A stretch of DNA of 64,000 nt from Mobula birostris. Lineage: Eukaryota. The stretch spans positions 87,501,921-87,565,920 of the forward strand of contig NC_092383.1 of NCBI RefSeq assembly GCF_030028105.1, written 5' to 3'. Of this stretch, positions 47,060 through 59,175 are shown in pieces (positions within the stretch are counted from its first letter, which is position 1; every line of letters starts with the position of its first letter). A program made the translations under genes and the position numbers. Under the pieces are notes generated by a model. The model saw only the letters and a list, made by a program, of their open reading frames with translations, was not told the DNA's origin and ran no database searches.

Positions 47060-47240
47060 AATAAAACAGGCAACACACACCAAAGTTGCTGGTGAACGCA
47101 GCAGGCCAGGCAGCATCTCTAGGAAGAGGTACGGTCGACGTTTCAGGCCGAGACCCTTTGTCAGGACTGCTGCGTTCACCAGCAACTTTGATGTGTGTTG
47201 CTTGAATTTCCAGCATCTGCAGAATTCCTGTTGTTACGTT
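47060..47240. mobile_element. Penelope-like palindromic terminal fragment
   Basis: caaagttgctggtgaacgcagcag (47081-47104) is inverted at about 47167-47190, enclosing a hammerhead motif. Confidence 0.7.
47132..47169 (-). ncRNA. Minimal hammerhead ribozyme motif (PLE-type)
   Basis: Minus strand cagtc-CTGACAA-agggtctcggcct-GAAAC-GTC-gaccg; helix I 4/5 bp, palindromic ACGT helix III, G8 changed to A. Confidence 0.65.
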
Positions 47241-47919
47241 TTTTAAAAATAAAACAGTTTGGGATGTTGCTCACCCACCATAGAGAAGGAAACAAAGAGG
47301 GAGATTTCAAAAGTATTGAATGTTTTACTTAATCTTACTTAGAGATACAGTTCTGTAATAGCCCTTCCAGCCCAGCAAACCTGTACTGCCCGATTACACC
47401 TATATAACCATATAACAATTACAACATGGAAACAGGCCATCTCGGCACTTCTAGTCTGTGCCGAACTCTTACTCTCACCTAGTCCCACCGACCTGCACTC
47501 AGCCCATAAAAAGGTTGCCGACCTCTGATCTAAATAATAAATAGGTAGTGCAAAAAAGATGACCAATTAATTTACTGATCTCCACATGTTTGGAATGTGG
47601 AAGGAAGCCAGAGCACCCGGAGGAAAACCACACATTTACAGGGAGACCGTACAAACTCCTTACAGACAGTCGCGGGATTTAAACCTCAGTCTTACACGTG
47701 GTGCTGCAAAGCAAAATCAATCTCATTACTGCAATTATAATTGTACTGAATCATTTGTTCTTCAGAGCGCCAATATTTGAAAAACTTTGAGTTTGGCAGG
47801 GGGTCTCCAGGGGGATGCCTGGCTGTTGTGATGAAAAAAGAGCATTTATATCAACCAACCTCGGTGTCCATTGTCTCATTTCACAGTCACAACATCTGCA
47901 ATGTATCTCAGGTCCATGA

Positions 47920-48580
47920 GACTATAAAATATGGAAGCAGAATTAGGCCATTTGGCCCGTCAAACTGCTCCGCCATTTCATCATGGCTGATCCATTTCCC
48001 TCTCAGTCCTAATCATCTGCCTTCTCCCCGTATCCCTTCATGCCTCGACTAATCAAGAATCTATCAACCTCTACCTTAAATATACCCAATAATCTATCCT
48101 CCACAGCTGTCTGTGGCAACAAATTCCACCAATTCACCACTCACTGGCTAAAGAATTTCCTCCTCATCTCCATTCTAAATGGATATTCCTCTATTCTGAG
48201 GCTGTGTCCACTGGTCTTAGATTCCCCCACCAATGGAAACATCCTCTCACATCCACTCTGTCAAGGCCTTTCACCATTCAATAGGGTTCAATGAAATCAC
48301 TCCTCATTCTTCTGAATTCCAGTGAGTACAGGCCCAGAGCCATCAAACTCTACACATATGACAAAGCCTTTCAATCCTGGAATTATTTTTGTCAACCTCA
48401 TTTAAACCCTCTGCAAGGTAAGCATGTCCTTTCTTAGATAAAGGACCCAAAATTGCTCACAATACTCCGATTGAGGCCCCGCCACTGCCTTATACAGCCT
48501 TAATATTACATTCTTGGCTTTATATTCTAATCCTCTCAAAATGAATGTTAACATTATATTTGCCTTCCTCACCATCTGCT
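47920..48580 (-). mobile_element. CR1 3' fragment
   Basis: Antisense C-terminal ORF2 and 3'UTR similar to other window copies. Confidence 0.75.
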
Positions 48581-48689
48581 TTCAGTTCCTTAACTGAACT
48601 AAGTTCATATGAAATTCTATTGGAAATGGGAAACTCAAGAAATTTGGTATTTTGAAAAGTTTCTCAAGATAAAATTCTGACATTAAGTT

Positions 48690-49480
48690 TTGATGTTACA
48701 TGAGTAGTAGGAGTGCAATCACTCAAGTCAAGAATGATGTTCTCCTCAGGGGCTGTCTGTTGGTGGGTTTTACAGGCAGTTGTACATCTTATATCCAGGG
48801 TGTTGGGTAGATTCTCTTCATTGAGAACACTCAAGCATGACTTTGTTTACTGCGAGGAGGCTGATACGTGGGCAGCCCACTCAGAGTCTTTGACAGATCG
48901 GGATCAGGATCCAGTGGCATGGAGTGAACAATGACTGGGAACCCTTCACTGCTGCAGCCTTCCTCCGCCTTCACTGCTGTTGTGATGTGTCATCATCTTC
49001 TGTCAGTTCCACCGCTGAGGTCTTTGTTAGACCGCTGTTTCTCTGCAACCTCCCCCCGACCTTACCACCATGGGTGACCCCACCTGGAGTTCACCCCGAG
49101 ACGGCATCATTTTTGGGATCTCAAGAACTCGCATGCCTCTCCACCACAACAGGGTGTAGATCCTTGGGGAAGATTGAGTATCGTGAATATTATGAACAAC
49201 AGTATTGTGAATACTGCGGCTTAGTAGGCAATGGAAAACTGCAGGAGGTCAGACACACAGCTCTCTGACTCGCACTCTGTTCATGTCACACCTGTTTATC
49301 CCTTGCATAGTGCCTAACTTCTCTCGGACTTCACCACTGGAAACAGCGTTATGCTAACTGCCATGCTATGATGGCATCCACTTCTGACTCAGAAGATCTG
49401 GGATCAGTACGTCCACCTAGACTCGTTGTCAGCGTTGTTGATCACTGAATGTAATGCAAACTTCCTGAACAGATGTTGCA
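48690..49480 (-). mobile_element. RTE/Expander-like 5' region, decayed
   Basis: Inverted relative of 19830-20330; minus strand gtggtggagaggcatgcgagtt...ggtggggtcacccatgg resembles RTE 5'UTRs. Confidence 0.45.
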
Positions 49481-50112
49481 GTCCCATCAGCCTGTCCATG
49501 GAGAAGAAAAGATCCCACATTGCTCAAAGAAAATCAGAGTTTTCTTAGTGTCTTTACTCTGTGCTTATCTTAGTGTGATCTTGCAATACAATAGCAACAA
49601 GTCATGCTTTTATATGAAAAAAGCCTCCAGTTGTTCTTCTCTTCCCTTTACCCAGTCTATGAAAAAAGTTATGTAACACTGCTTTACATCCTAATAAGAA
49701 CCAAGTGCCCTAATATTTCCAACTTCATCATTGAAAAGTGTAGGAGACTGAGGGGAGACTCGATAGGAGTATACAAAATTATAAAGGATATACACAGGGT
49801 AAATACAAGCAGGCTTTTTTTTCACTAAGATTGGGTGAGAATTGAACTAGAGGTGATGGGTTAAGAGTAAAAGGTGAAATGTTTAATGAGGAACACGAGT
49901 GGGATCTTCTTCACTCAGAGGGTGCCGAGTGTGGAATAAGCTGCGGGTTCGAGTTCAACATTTAAGAGAAATTTGGATAGGTACATGTACGTGAGGGGTA
50001 TGAAGGGCTATGGTCCAAAGGAGATTAATAGCTTGGCATATACTAGATGGGCCGTAGGGCCTGTGTCTGTGGACCCCAAGTTGGGAACCCCTGCTCTAAT
50101 GTAATCTAATTA

Positions 50113-50420
50113 GCTGGCACGGAGGCGTAGAGGTTAGCGCATCACTTTACAGCATCAGCAATCAACCAACAGGGTTCAATTCTGACTGCTGGCTGTAAGG
50201 GGTTTGACTGAGTGGGATTCCTCCGAGTACTCTGGTTTCCTCCCACCTTCCAAATACGTACCGAGTAGTAAGGGTTATGAAGTTGTGGGCCTGCTACATC
50301 GGTGCCAGAAGGAACGCAGCGCTTGCGGGCTGCCCCCAGCACATCATTTGACTGTGTGGTCGTTGACGCAAACGACTTGTTTCACTGTACGTTTCAATGC
50401 ACACGTGACAAGTAAACTCA
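50113..50420 (+). mobile_element. V-SINE
   Basis: ggcacggaggcgtagaggttagcgc head, gggttcaattc B box, ctccgagtactctggtttcctcccac core. Confidence 0.78.
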
Positions 50421-51056
50421 GCTTTGGCGGACAGAGCACAGTTTGACATCTCACCTACCAAGTGTCGCCAATAGTGCCACACGCAGTTACAGTGCCAACT
50501 TAGATCTCCAGGGTGAGACCTGAGCCCACGGAATAAAACGAGTTCCTGCTCTCCGAGTTGTAAGTCACCTTATAAAATCTCACAAGTGTTTCGTGTGTAG
50601 AGAGCCGGGTGGTTAGGATAAATGTCTGTCTGAGCATGGTTCAAGCTGTTCGGACTTCCAGTTACAGTGGTGGGCAACTTGATAGGAAACGTTTGTCAAC
50701 AAGACAGGGTATAAAATAAATACGGTAAACTTGTCTCTGTGTCTGGGGAGTCTGCTCACAAGAAGTACTTCAGCAGTTTACAGTTCCTGATTCTACAAAT
50801 CTTCAGCGACAAGTCAAGTTCAGAAAAGTTTAGTGTTATTTAATTATATACATATATACCATCAAATGAGACAACATTTCTCTGGACCAGTGTGTAAAGC
50901 ACAGTAGAACACATAAAACACAGTAACTTAAGAAAGTAAGAATGAAGTTTTTAAATGAATTACGCATAAATAAAGTGCATAAATGAAATATGTAGGGTAC
51001 AGGACAAATTGCCAGCAAAGTAATGAGGTTGCAACATGATAGAAATCCAGTTAGTC

Positions 51057-51136
51057 CAGGGGTTCCCAACTGGGGGTCCAGGAACCCTTTGGTTAATGAG
51101 GAGGGTCTATGACATAGAAAAGGTTGAGAACCCCTG
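51057..51136. mobile_element. 80-bp hAT-type MITE
   Basis: TIRs caggggttcccaac / gttgagaacccctg; 8-bp TSD agttagtc/atttagtc (7/8). Confidence 0.8.
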
Positions 51137-51179
51137 ATTTAGTCTCAGTAGTCTATGGTGATGTTAAAAATCCCATTTA

Positions 51180-54120
51180 TTATCACATGCTACCTTTGTA
51201 CCAGAGGCCTGGCTACATTCGTGGGAGAGCAGGAAAGTTCTAGACTCTAGACCCAGAGGGCACAGCCTCAGAATAGAGGCACATTCATTGATAGTAATGA
51301 TGAGGAGGAACTCCTTCAGCCAGTGGGTGTTGAACCTATAGAATTCATTGCCACAGGTGACTGTGGAGGCCAAGTCATTGGATATATTTAAAGCAGAGTT
51401 TGGTAGGTTCTTGATTAATCAGAGAGTCAAAAGTTTACCATGAGAGAGCAGGATAATGTGCTTGAGAGGGATAATAAATCAGCCATGATGGAATGGTGGA
51501 GCAATCTTGATGGGCCAAATGGCCTAATTCTGCTCCTAATGTCTTATGTTCTTATTATTCTATGCCTTTTTGTGCAGTTTAGATTCTCACATTGGCAAAC
51601 AGCCCTCTTTATTTAATAGCTTCAATGATTTTTGGGTTTCTAATGCAGGTCAGCCCCAGGTAAAGCAACATCCCCTTCAAGATTCATACCTTGTTGATCA
51701 CTGCAAACTGCAGCAAACTAATTTTATTCATTGCAAAATATTTCGCCAACGACAGCCCAACATACAATGTAATGTATCCCAATGTATGCCTACAATGACA
51801 GTATATGTCTACTGGGACTGAACCCAAATCATTAAACCTTACACGCAAGCCAATCTCACCTCCTTCCTATTCCAAACCCTATCCATTCTGCCCCAACCAT
51901 TCATCCTTCTCTGATGGAAGACTCCAGAGCAACAATATAAAATGGCAGGAATTTCTGTCAGTCAATGATCCAAATGTGAGGGAAAAGAAATCTGTTATTC
52001 CTGATTTTAGTAAAGCAATATCTGTGAGTTAAATGGTTTCTGGGTGGGGAAAAGAGACCTAACCCTTATTACCATATTGTTGTATATTTAATATTTCAAT
52101 AATATTTGAGTAATCTTGTATATATATTGTTTGATTGAGCATTCATTTTCGTTTAAATAATTAATTATGGGTTATATGTAAAATACGTTAATTGCATACG
52201 TTATCACACTACAACGTGATACGAGCATGTCTCGCTTAAAGTAAACTTGAACTACATCTGTATTCCTACATTCTCGTGTCACCTTTGAATTAATTTATGT
52301 TCTGAAGTTACAAAACATAACACATATCACCTCCATTCCCTCCAATCGTGGCTACTGTCTAGAATGGACTCTCCCACAACAGACAAGTGGGACACTAGGA
52401 AATGAAGTGGAAGCAGAGGGCAAGGCTAACTTACCCACTGCTCTCTTCCTTCCTGTGGTGTTTTATGGTCAATGTCAGACACAAGAAACAAAACTATAAT
52501 AATAAAGTGAATGATAACAGCCTTTTGTCCAAGGTAGTGGAGTCCAGAATCCGAGGGGACATAGACTTTAGGTAAGGGGGGGCAATTTGAAAGGAACTTG
52601 ATGACCAACTTTTACATGCAGAGTGTGGTAAGTATATGGAATAAGCTGCCAGAAGATATGGTTTGACAAAGGATCAAAGATATCATTTCAGAAGCACTTA
52701 GATAGATACATTCAAGGGTGTATTTTAAAGGGATATGTGCTGAACGCCAAATTTAGAACTCTCTTCCCAGTTCAAATGCCACCAGACTAGCGCTTTGTTG
52801 GAATTAACACTACAAGGATTAACATTAACATGACGAGTGACCTGAGTTATATGGAAAGATTCAATAGGTTAGGACTTTATTCCTTGGAGTATCGAAGATT
52901 AGGAGTAGAGTTGATAGAGGTACTCAAAATTATGAGGGATATAGAAGGGTAAATGCAAGCAGGCTTTTTCCACTGAGGATGGGTTAAAGGTGAAAGGTGA
53001 ACATGAAGCAAAACATCACTTAAATGGTCATGAGAGTGTGGAATGAGCTGCCAGCACAAGTGGTGCATATGAGCTTGATTTCAACGTTTAAGAGAAATTT
53101 GGATAGGTACATGGATAATAGGTGTATGGAGGGTTATGGTCCTGGTGCAGGTCGATGGGAGTAGGCAGTTTAAATGGTTCAGCATGGACTAGATGGGTTG
53201 AAGGGCCTGCTTCTGTACTGTACTTCTCTATGACTCAAATAGACTAATACACTGAACCACACAAAATCCCTCCATTTGAACAGCAAAAAAACTAGAATAC
53301 TTCAAACATATTAGATGAGAATGTTACAGTATAAAAATAGCAAATGTCTTAAACACTTGAAGATCAGTTAACATACGTGGAAGGAGAAGCAGAGATAACA
53401 TTTGAGTCAAAGACCTTTCATCAGAACTCCTGTTTCTGATATATCTTGACAACTGACCATGTTTGATAAGATAACTGCACTATGTATTTGGTCAGCACAC
53501 AACTATAAATTTATGAACTCGGTATTAACATAGTGTAAGACAACAAAGCGAAGCAAAATGGTCAATTGTCAAAAATGATACCACCTACAGAGATGGGCTG
53601 AAGCAAGAATATGATTAGATTTATAGACTTGACATTCAAAACATGTACCAAGAACATGAGATTAATTAAACCAGTACAAAATGACTAACAAGAATTGGTT
53701 CAAACGTCAACTGAATCAGGATTTAGAGAACAATGGGACAGTTAAAGGTCTTAGCAATGTAAGAAGGATATGTGTGGTAAAGAATGACGTGGTTAGACTT
53801 TTTCCATTGAGAGTGGGGAAGATTCAAACAAGAGGACATGGGTTGAGAATTAGATGACAAAAGTTTAGGGGTAACATGAGGGGGAACTTCTTTACTCAGA
53901 GAGTGGTAGCTTCGTGGAATGAGCTTCCAGCAGAAGTGGTTGAGGCAGGTTCTATGTTGTCATTTAAAGTTAAATTGGATAGATACATGGACAGGAAGGG
54001 AATGAAGGGTTATGGGCTGAGTGCAGGTCGGTGGGACTAGGATAGGGTAAGAGTTCGGCATGGACTAGAAGGGCCGAGATGGCCTGTTTCTGTGCTATAA
54101 TTGTTATATGGTTATATGGT
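51180..54120 (+). mobile_element. Series of CR1 3' fragments (about 51180-51545, 52480-52740, 52820-53230, 53780-54120)
   Basis: RGHSL-I-G, FFTQRVV, GQMA 3'UTR ends and ATATGGTT or TTCTATG tails. Confidence 0.72.
52078..52322 (+). mobile_element. Short solo LTR (245 bp)
   Basis: TGTTG...CATAACA termini; perfect 5-bp TSD CATAT (52073-52077 and 52323-52327); AGTAAA polyA-like motif. Confidence 0.8.
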
Positions 54121-54524
54121 AATGTCAGAATGGTGAAATTCTGTTTGCTGGGCTGGATGTAATCTGCCCAGGAGCTGAATGGACAAACTGAAGGAGAGAC
54201 CAGGTGGTGCATGTTAGTGAAGTTAACAGTAGACCTTAAAATAAGCCCTGTAGGTATGAGTTAAGTAGAATACTTGCGGAATGATGATTTAACAACCAAC
54301 AATGGCCTGGGCATCCTGTGCAAACATTTTATACATCACAATACAGAGGAAGCAAATAAGGGGAACTGAAAACTTAAGAAAACTTAAGATTGACTGATTA
54401 CAGAAACTGACAGGCCCAATGCTGGGGTTCAAGGTACAGGGAAACACATAGTGGGTTGTTCATCTCATTTAATAATATTAGGAACTGCTGTAAAATGTTA
54501 GAGACATCAAAAGACTAAGAGCTA

Positions 54525-54975
54525 CAGTCAGTGACCACTTTATTAGGTACCTTCTGCTGCTGTAGTCGATGCAATTCAAGGTTTGAGGAATTGTGCATTC
54601 AGAGGTGCTCTTCTACACAACACTGTTGTAACATGGTTATTGCCTCCTAGCAGTTTGAACCAGCCTGGCCCTTCTGCTCTGACCTCTCTCATTCACACCA
54701 TTCTCTGGAAAGGCTAGAGACTGTTGTGTGTGAGAATCCCAGGAGATCAACCGTTTCTGAGATACTCAAACCACCCAGTCTGGCACCAACAATCATTCCA
54801 TGGTCAAAGGCACTTAGATCACATTTATTCCCCCATCCTGATGTTTGATCCAAACAACTGTATCTCCTGACCATGTCTGCTTTAAAACACTGAGTTGCAC
54901 TGAGTTGCACTGAGTTGCTGCCACATGACTGGCTGATTAGAAAACTGATGTACCTAATAAGTTAACCACTGAATG
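54525..54975 (-). mobile_element. Tc1/mariner internally deleted element
   Basis: TA-flanked TIRs cagtcagtgaccactttattaggtac / gtacctaataagttaaccactgaatg; antisense DLSAFDHGMIVGAR..GLSISET.DLLGFSHTTVS HTH remnant; (ACTGAGTTGC)3. Confidence 0.82.
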
Positions 54976-55303
54976 TATAAATACATGCTGCACGTTTTAT
55001 GTATATCCATGAGAAGTTCCTCATGGTGACTGATATCTTTTGCATACTTTGATGGAAAGCACTTTGTAAATCCACTCTGTCCACATGTGCATCTACATAC
55101 ACACAAACATTGCCATGCATTGTGTTGAGGAGGCACACGTCAGCGTCTTCTCTCTGGTATATTATCATATTGGGTTGGCTTTTCCTGCCATACACTTCAG
55201 ATTATTCCATTTCTTGAGAAATGGGAATATGTAAACATGTACATGTTTGTTGTATGCTGTATTTATGGTAGATATTTATGTTTATTTTGAAAAAATGATC
55301 GTA

Positions 55304-58300
55304 CTTCGCCTATAAGAAGTATTCTCCCCCCCAGCCCATGTAAGTTTTCATGTTTTATTGTTTTACAACATTGAGGGAAATACATGTTAGTAGGGAAGTG
55401 GTGTTAGGTAAATTGAAGGGATTAAAGGCAGATAAATCCCCAGGGCCAGACGGTCTGCATCCCAGAGTGCTTAAGGAAGTAGCCCAAGAAATAGTGGATG
55501 CATTACCAATAATTTTTCAAAACTCTTTAGATTCTGGACTAGTTCCTGAGGATTGGATGGTGGCTAATGTAACCCCGCTTTTTAAAAAAGCAGGAAAAGA
55601 GAATCTGGGGAATTATAGACCAGTTAGCCAAACATCGGTGGTGGGGAAAATGCTAGAGTCAGTTATCAAAGATGTGATAACAGCATATTTGGAAAGCAGT
55701 GAAATCATCAGACAAAGTCAACATGGATTTGTGAAAGGAAAATCATGTCTGACAAATCTCATAGAATTTTTTGAGGATGTAACTAGTAGAGTGGATAAGG
55801 GAGAACTAGTGGATGTGGTATATTTGGATTTTCAAAAGGCTTTTGACAAGGCCCCACACAGGAGATTAGTGTGCAAACTTAAAGCACATGGTATTGGGGG
55901 TATGGTATTGATGTGGATAGAGAATTGGTTGGCAGACAGGAAGCAAAGAGTGGGAATAAATGGGACCTTTTCAGAATGGCAGGCAGTGACTAGTGGGGCA
56001 CTGCAAGGCTCAGTGCTGGGACCCCAGTTGTTTACAATATATATATTAATGACTTGGATGAGGGAATTAAATGCAGCATCTCCAAGTTTGCGGATGACAC
56101 GAAGCTGGGTGGCAGTGTTAGCTGTGAGGAGGATGCTAAGAGGATGCAGGGTGACTTGGATAGGTTGGGTGAGTGGGCAAATTCATGGCAGATGCAACTT
56201 AATGTGGATAAATGTGAAGTTATCCACTTTGGTGGCAAAAACAGGAAAACAGATTATTATCTGAATGGTGGCCGATTAGGAAAAGGGGAGGTGCAACGAG
56301 ACCTGGGTGTCATTATACACCAGTCATTGAAAGTGGGCATGCAGGTACAGCAGGCGGTGAAAAAGGCGAATGGTATGCTGGCATTCATAGCAAGAGGATT
56401 CGAGTACAGGAGCAGGGAGGTACTACTGCAGTTGTACAAGGCCTTGGTGAGACCACACCTGGAGTATTGTGTGCAGTTTTGGTCCCCTAATCTGAGGAAA
56501 GACATCCTTGCCATAGAGGGAGTACAAAGAAGGACCACCAGATTGATTCCTGGGATGGCAGGACTTTCATATGATGAAAGATTGGATCGACTAGGCTTAT
56601 ACTCGTTGGAATTTAGAAGATTGAGGGGGGATATTATTGAAACATATAAAATCCTAAAGGGATTGGACAGGCTAGATGCAGGAAGATTGTTCCCGATGTT
56701 GGGGAAGTCCAGAACGAGGGGTCACAGTTTAAGGATGAAGGGGAAGCCTTTTAGGACCGAGATGAGAAAAAACTTCTTCACACAGAGAGTGGTGAATCTG
56801 TGGAATTCTCTGCCACAGGAAACAGTTGAGGCCAGTTCATTGGCTATATTTTCGATGGAGTTAGATATGGCCCTTGTGGCTACGGGGGTCAGGGGGTATG
56901 AAGAGAAGGCAGGTACAGGGTTCTGAGTTGGATGATCAGCCATGATCATACTGAATGGCGGTGCAGGCTCGAAGGGCTGAATGGCCTACTCCTGCACCTA
57001 TTTTCTATGTTTCTATGTTTCTATGAATCACTGTAGATTTAATTTGGCTTTTTTTGACACTAATCATGAGAAAAATACTGTTTTGTGTCAAAGTGGAAAC
57101 AGATCCCTACAAAGTGTCCAAATGCAATTGCAAATATAAAACATAAAATAATTGATTGCATAAGTATTCACCTATTCATTACTGGTGCAGCCAGTTGGTT
57201 TCGGAAGCCACATCATTAGTTCAATAGAGATCACCTGTGTGCAGTCAAGGTGTTACAATTGATTCTCATAAACATACACCTGTATCTGGAAGGTCAAACT
57301 GCTGGTGAATGAGTATCCTGGCAAAAATTACATCATGAAAACAAAGAACACTCCAAGCAACTCCACAAAAAAGTTATGGAAAAGCACATCAGGAGATGGA
57401 TACAAGAAAATTTCCAAGTCACTGAATATTCCTTGAAATACAGTCAATTCAATGGAAAGAATATGGCACAGCTGTAAATCTGACTAGAACAGGCTGTCCT
57501 CAAAAACTGAGTGACTGTGCAAGAAGGGGACTAGTGAGGGAGGCCACCAAGAGACCTATGGCAACTCTGGAGGAGTTATAAGCTTAGTGGTGGAGATAGG
57601 AGAGACTGCACATACAACAACTGCTTCCCGGGTGCTTCACCAGTAGTAGCTTTATAGGACAGTGGCAAAGAGAAAGCCACTGTTGAAAAAAAACTCACAT
57701 GAAATCTCCTCTGGCATTTGCCAGAATGTATGTGGGAGACTCTGAAGTCAGCTGGAAGAAGGTACTGTGGTCTGATGAAACCAAAATCGAGCTTCTTGGC
57801 CATCAGACTACAAGTTATGTTTGGCGTAAACCAAAAACTGCACACTATCAAAAACACACCATCTGTACCATGAAGCATGGTGGTGGCTGTGGGGTGATTC
57901 ACTGCAGCAGGCCCTGAAGGCTTCTGAAGTTAGAAGGTAAAATGACTGCAACAAAGTACCAGGAAATTCTGATACAGTCTCAAGAGAATTGCGACTGGGG
58001 AGATTTGTTTTCCAGCAAGACAATGACCCCAAGCATAAAGCCAAAGCTACACAGGAATGGCTTAACAACAGCAAAGTTAATATCCTCGAGTGGCCGATTC
58101 AGAGTCCAAACTTCAATCCAATTGAGAATTTGTGCCTGGACTTGAAAAAGGGCAGTTCACTCATGATCCCCATGCAACCTGACAGAGCTTGAGCAGTTTT
58201 GTAAAGAAGAATGAGGAAAAGTTGTAGTGTCCAGCTGTGCAAAGCTGATAGAAACCTACCCACACAGACTCAAGGCTGTAATGTTGCCAAAACAGCTTCT

Positions 58301-58483
58301 ACTAAATGCTGACTTGAAGGGGGTGAGTAATTATGATTGTAATAAATTATAAATTTAGACCAATTTGTAGAAATTTCATTTGATCAGTGTCAAAAACGCC
58401 AAGTTAAATCCACTATGATTCAATGTTGCAAAACAATAAAATGTGAAAACTTCCAAGGGGGTGAATACTTTTTATACGTACTG
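55304..58483 (+). mobile_element. Tc1 (DD34E, long IR) transposon pseudogene with a CR1 in its left TIR
   Basis: [25 protein letters not shown]; left end cttcgcctataagaagtattc matches the inverted right end gaatactttttatacgtactg; TA on both sides; inner IR continues at 57026. Confidence 0.88.
55375..57025 (+). mobile_element. Young 5'-truncated CR1, near-identical to 17566-19131
   Basis: ORFs 55350-56264 and 56054-56926 are split by a 2-nt slip in a TA run near 56040; (TTTCTATG)3 tail. Confidence 0.95.
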
Positions 58484-59175
58484 TAACTATATTCTGGAGT
58501 GCATCATATTCTGATTCATGTGTAGTTGTGCTAACTTGCTGTGTAATTAAAGATAGTGTGTCCTAGTGTCTAAACAGGGCAGATCACACTCTGGGAGAGA
58601 GGGAGATCGAGCTACCAGGAGTTCACAATAGACATAGTATATAGCTATAATTCTGTTTTCTGGTTGATATCCTTTTGTAAATATCGGCAATCTTATTTTT
58701 GCAAGCATGATTTTTATGTGCCTAATAAACACCCTTGAACTGTTATGCTGAGCAACTCTAGCCATTCTTTTCTTCAGCCAAAACCTATATATGTGAAACA
58801 CCCTGGTTTCCTTGGCTGCGTAAGTCTAGGGAAGACAACTTCTGGCCCCACCAAGCTCATGAGATTGAGACGCACTCAATCCCACCCCAAACCCTGGTTT
58901 GTGTGGATGTTGTGTCATTTGCTACCCTGTTAAAAATTAATGCCGTGAAATAACAGGCAGTGCACTGCATGTGATTAAAGGAATTATATTTATGAATCTT
59001 AACTAAAGGGTTAGTAAAGAATAACAAAAAGAAAAGGGCCCATTCTAATTAAAGAGTCAAAGGTGCACAAGTTGGAGTTCATCTTGAACTTCTCTGTCAC
59101 TCGCGTGCTGGGCCTGCGGTCAACATGACAGCACACACCACCTTCCCAACGTCTCTCACAGTCCATCTCAAACAA

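Noticed and set aside
49040-49170. Possible second HDV-like ribozyme in the RTE-like 5' region (minus strand)
   Set aside because: A P4-like hairpin is visible, but J4/2 reads tggtggta without the catalytic C and P1/P2 could not be built; at most a decayed relic.
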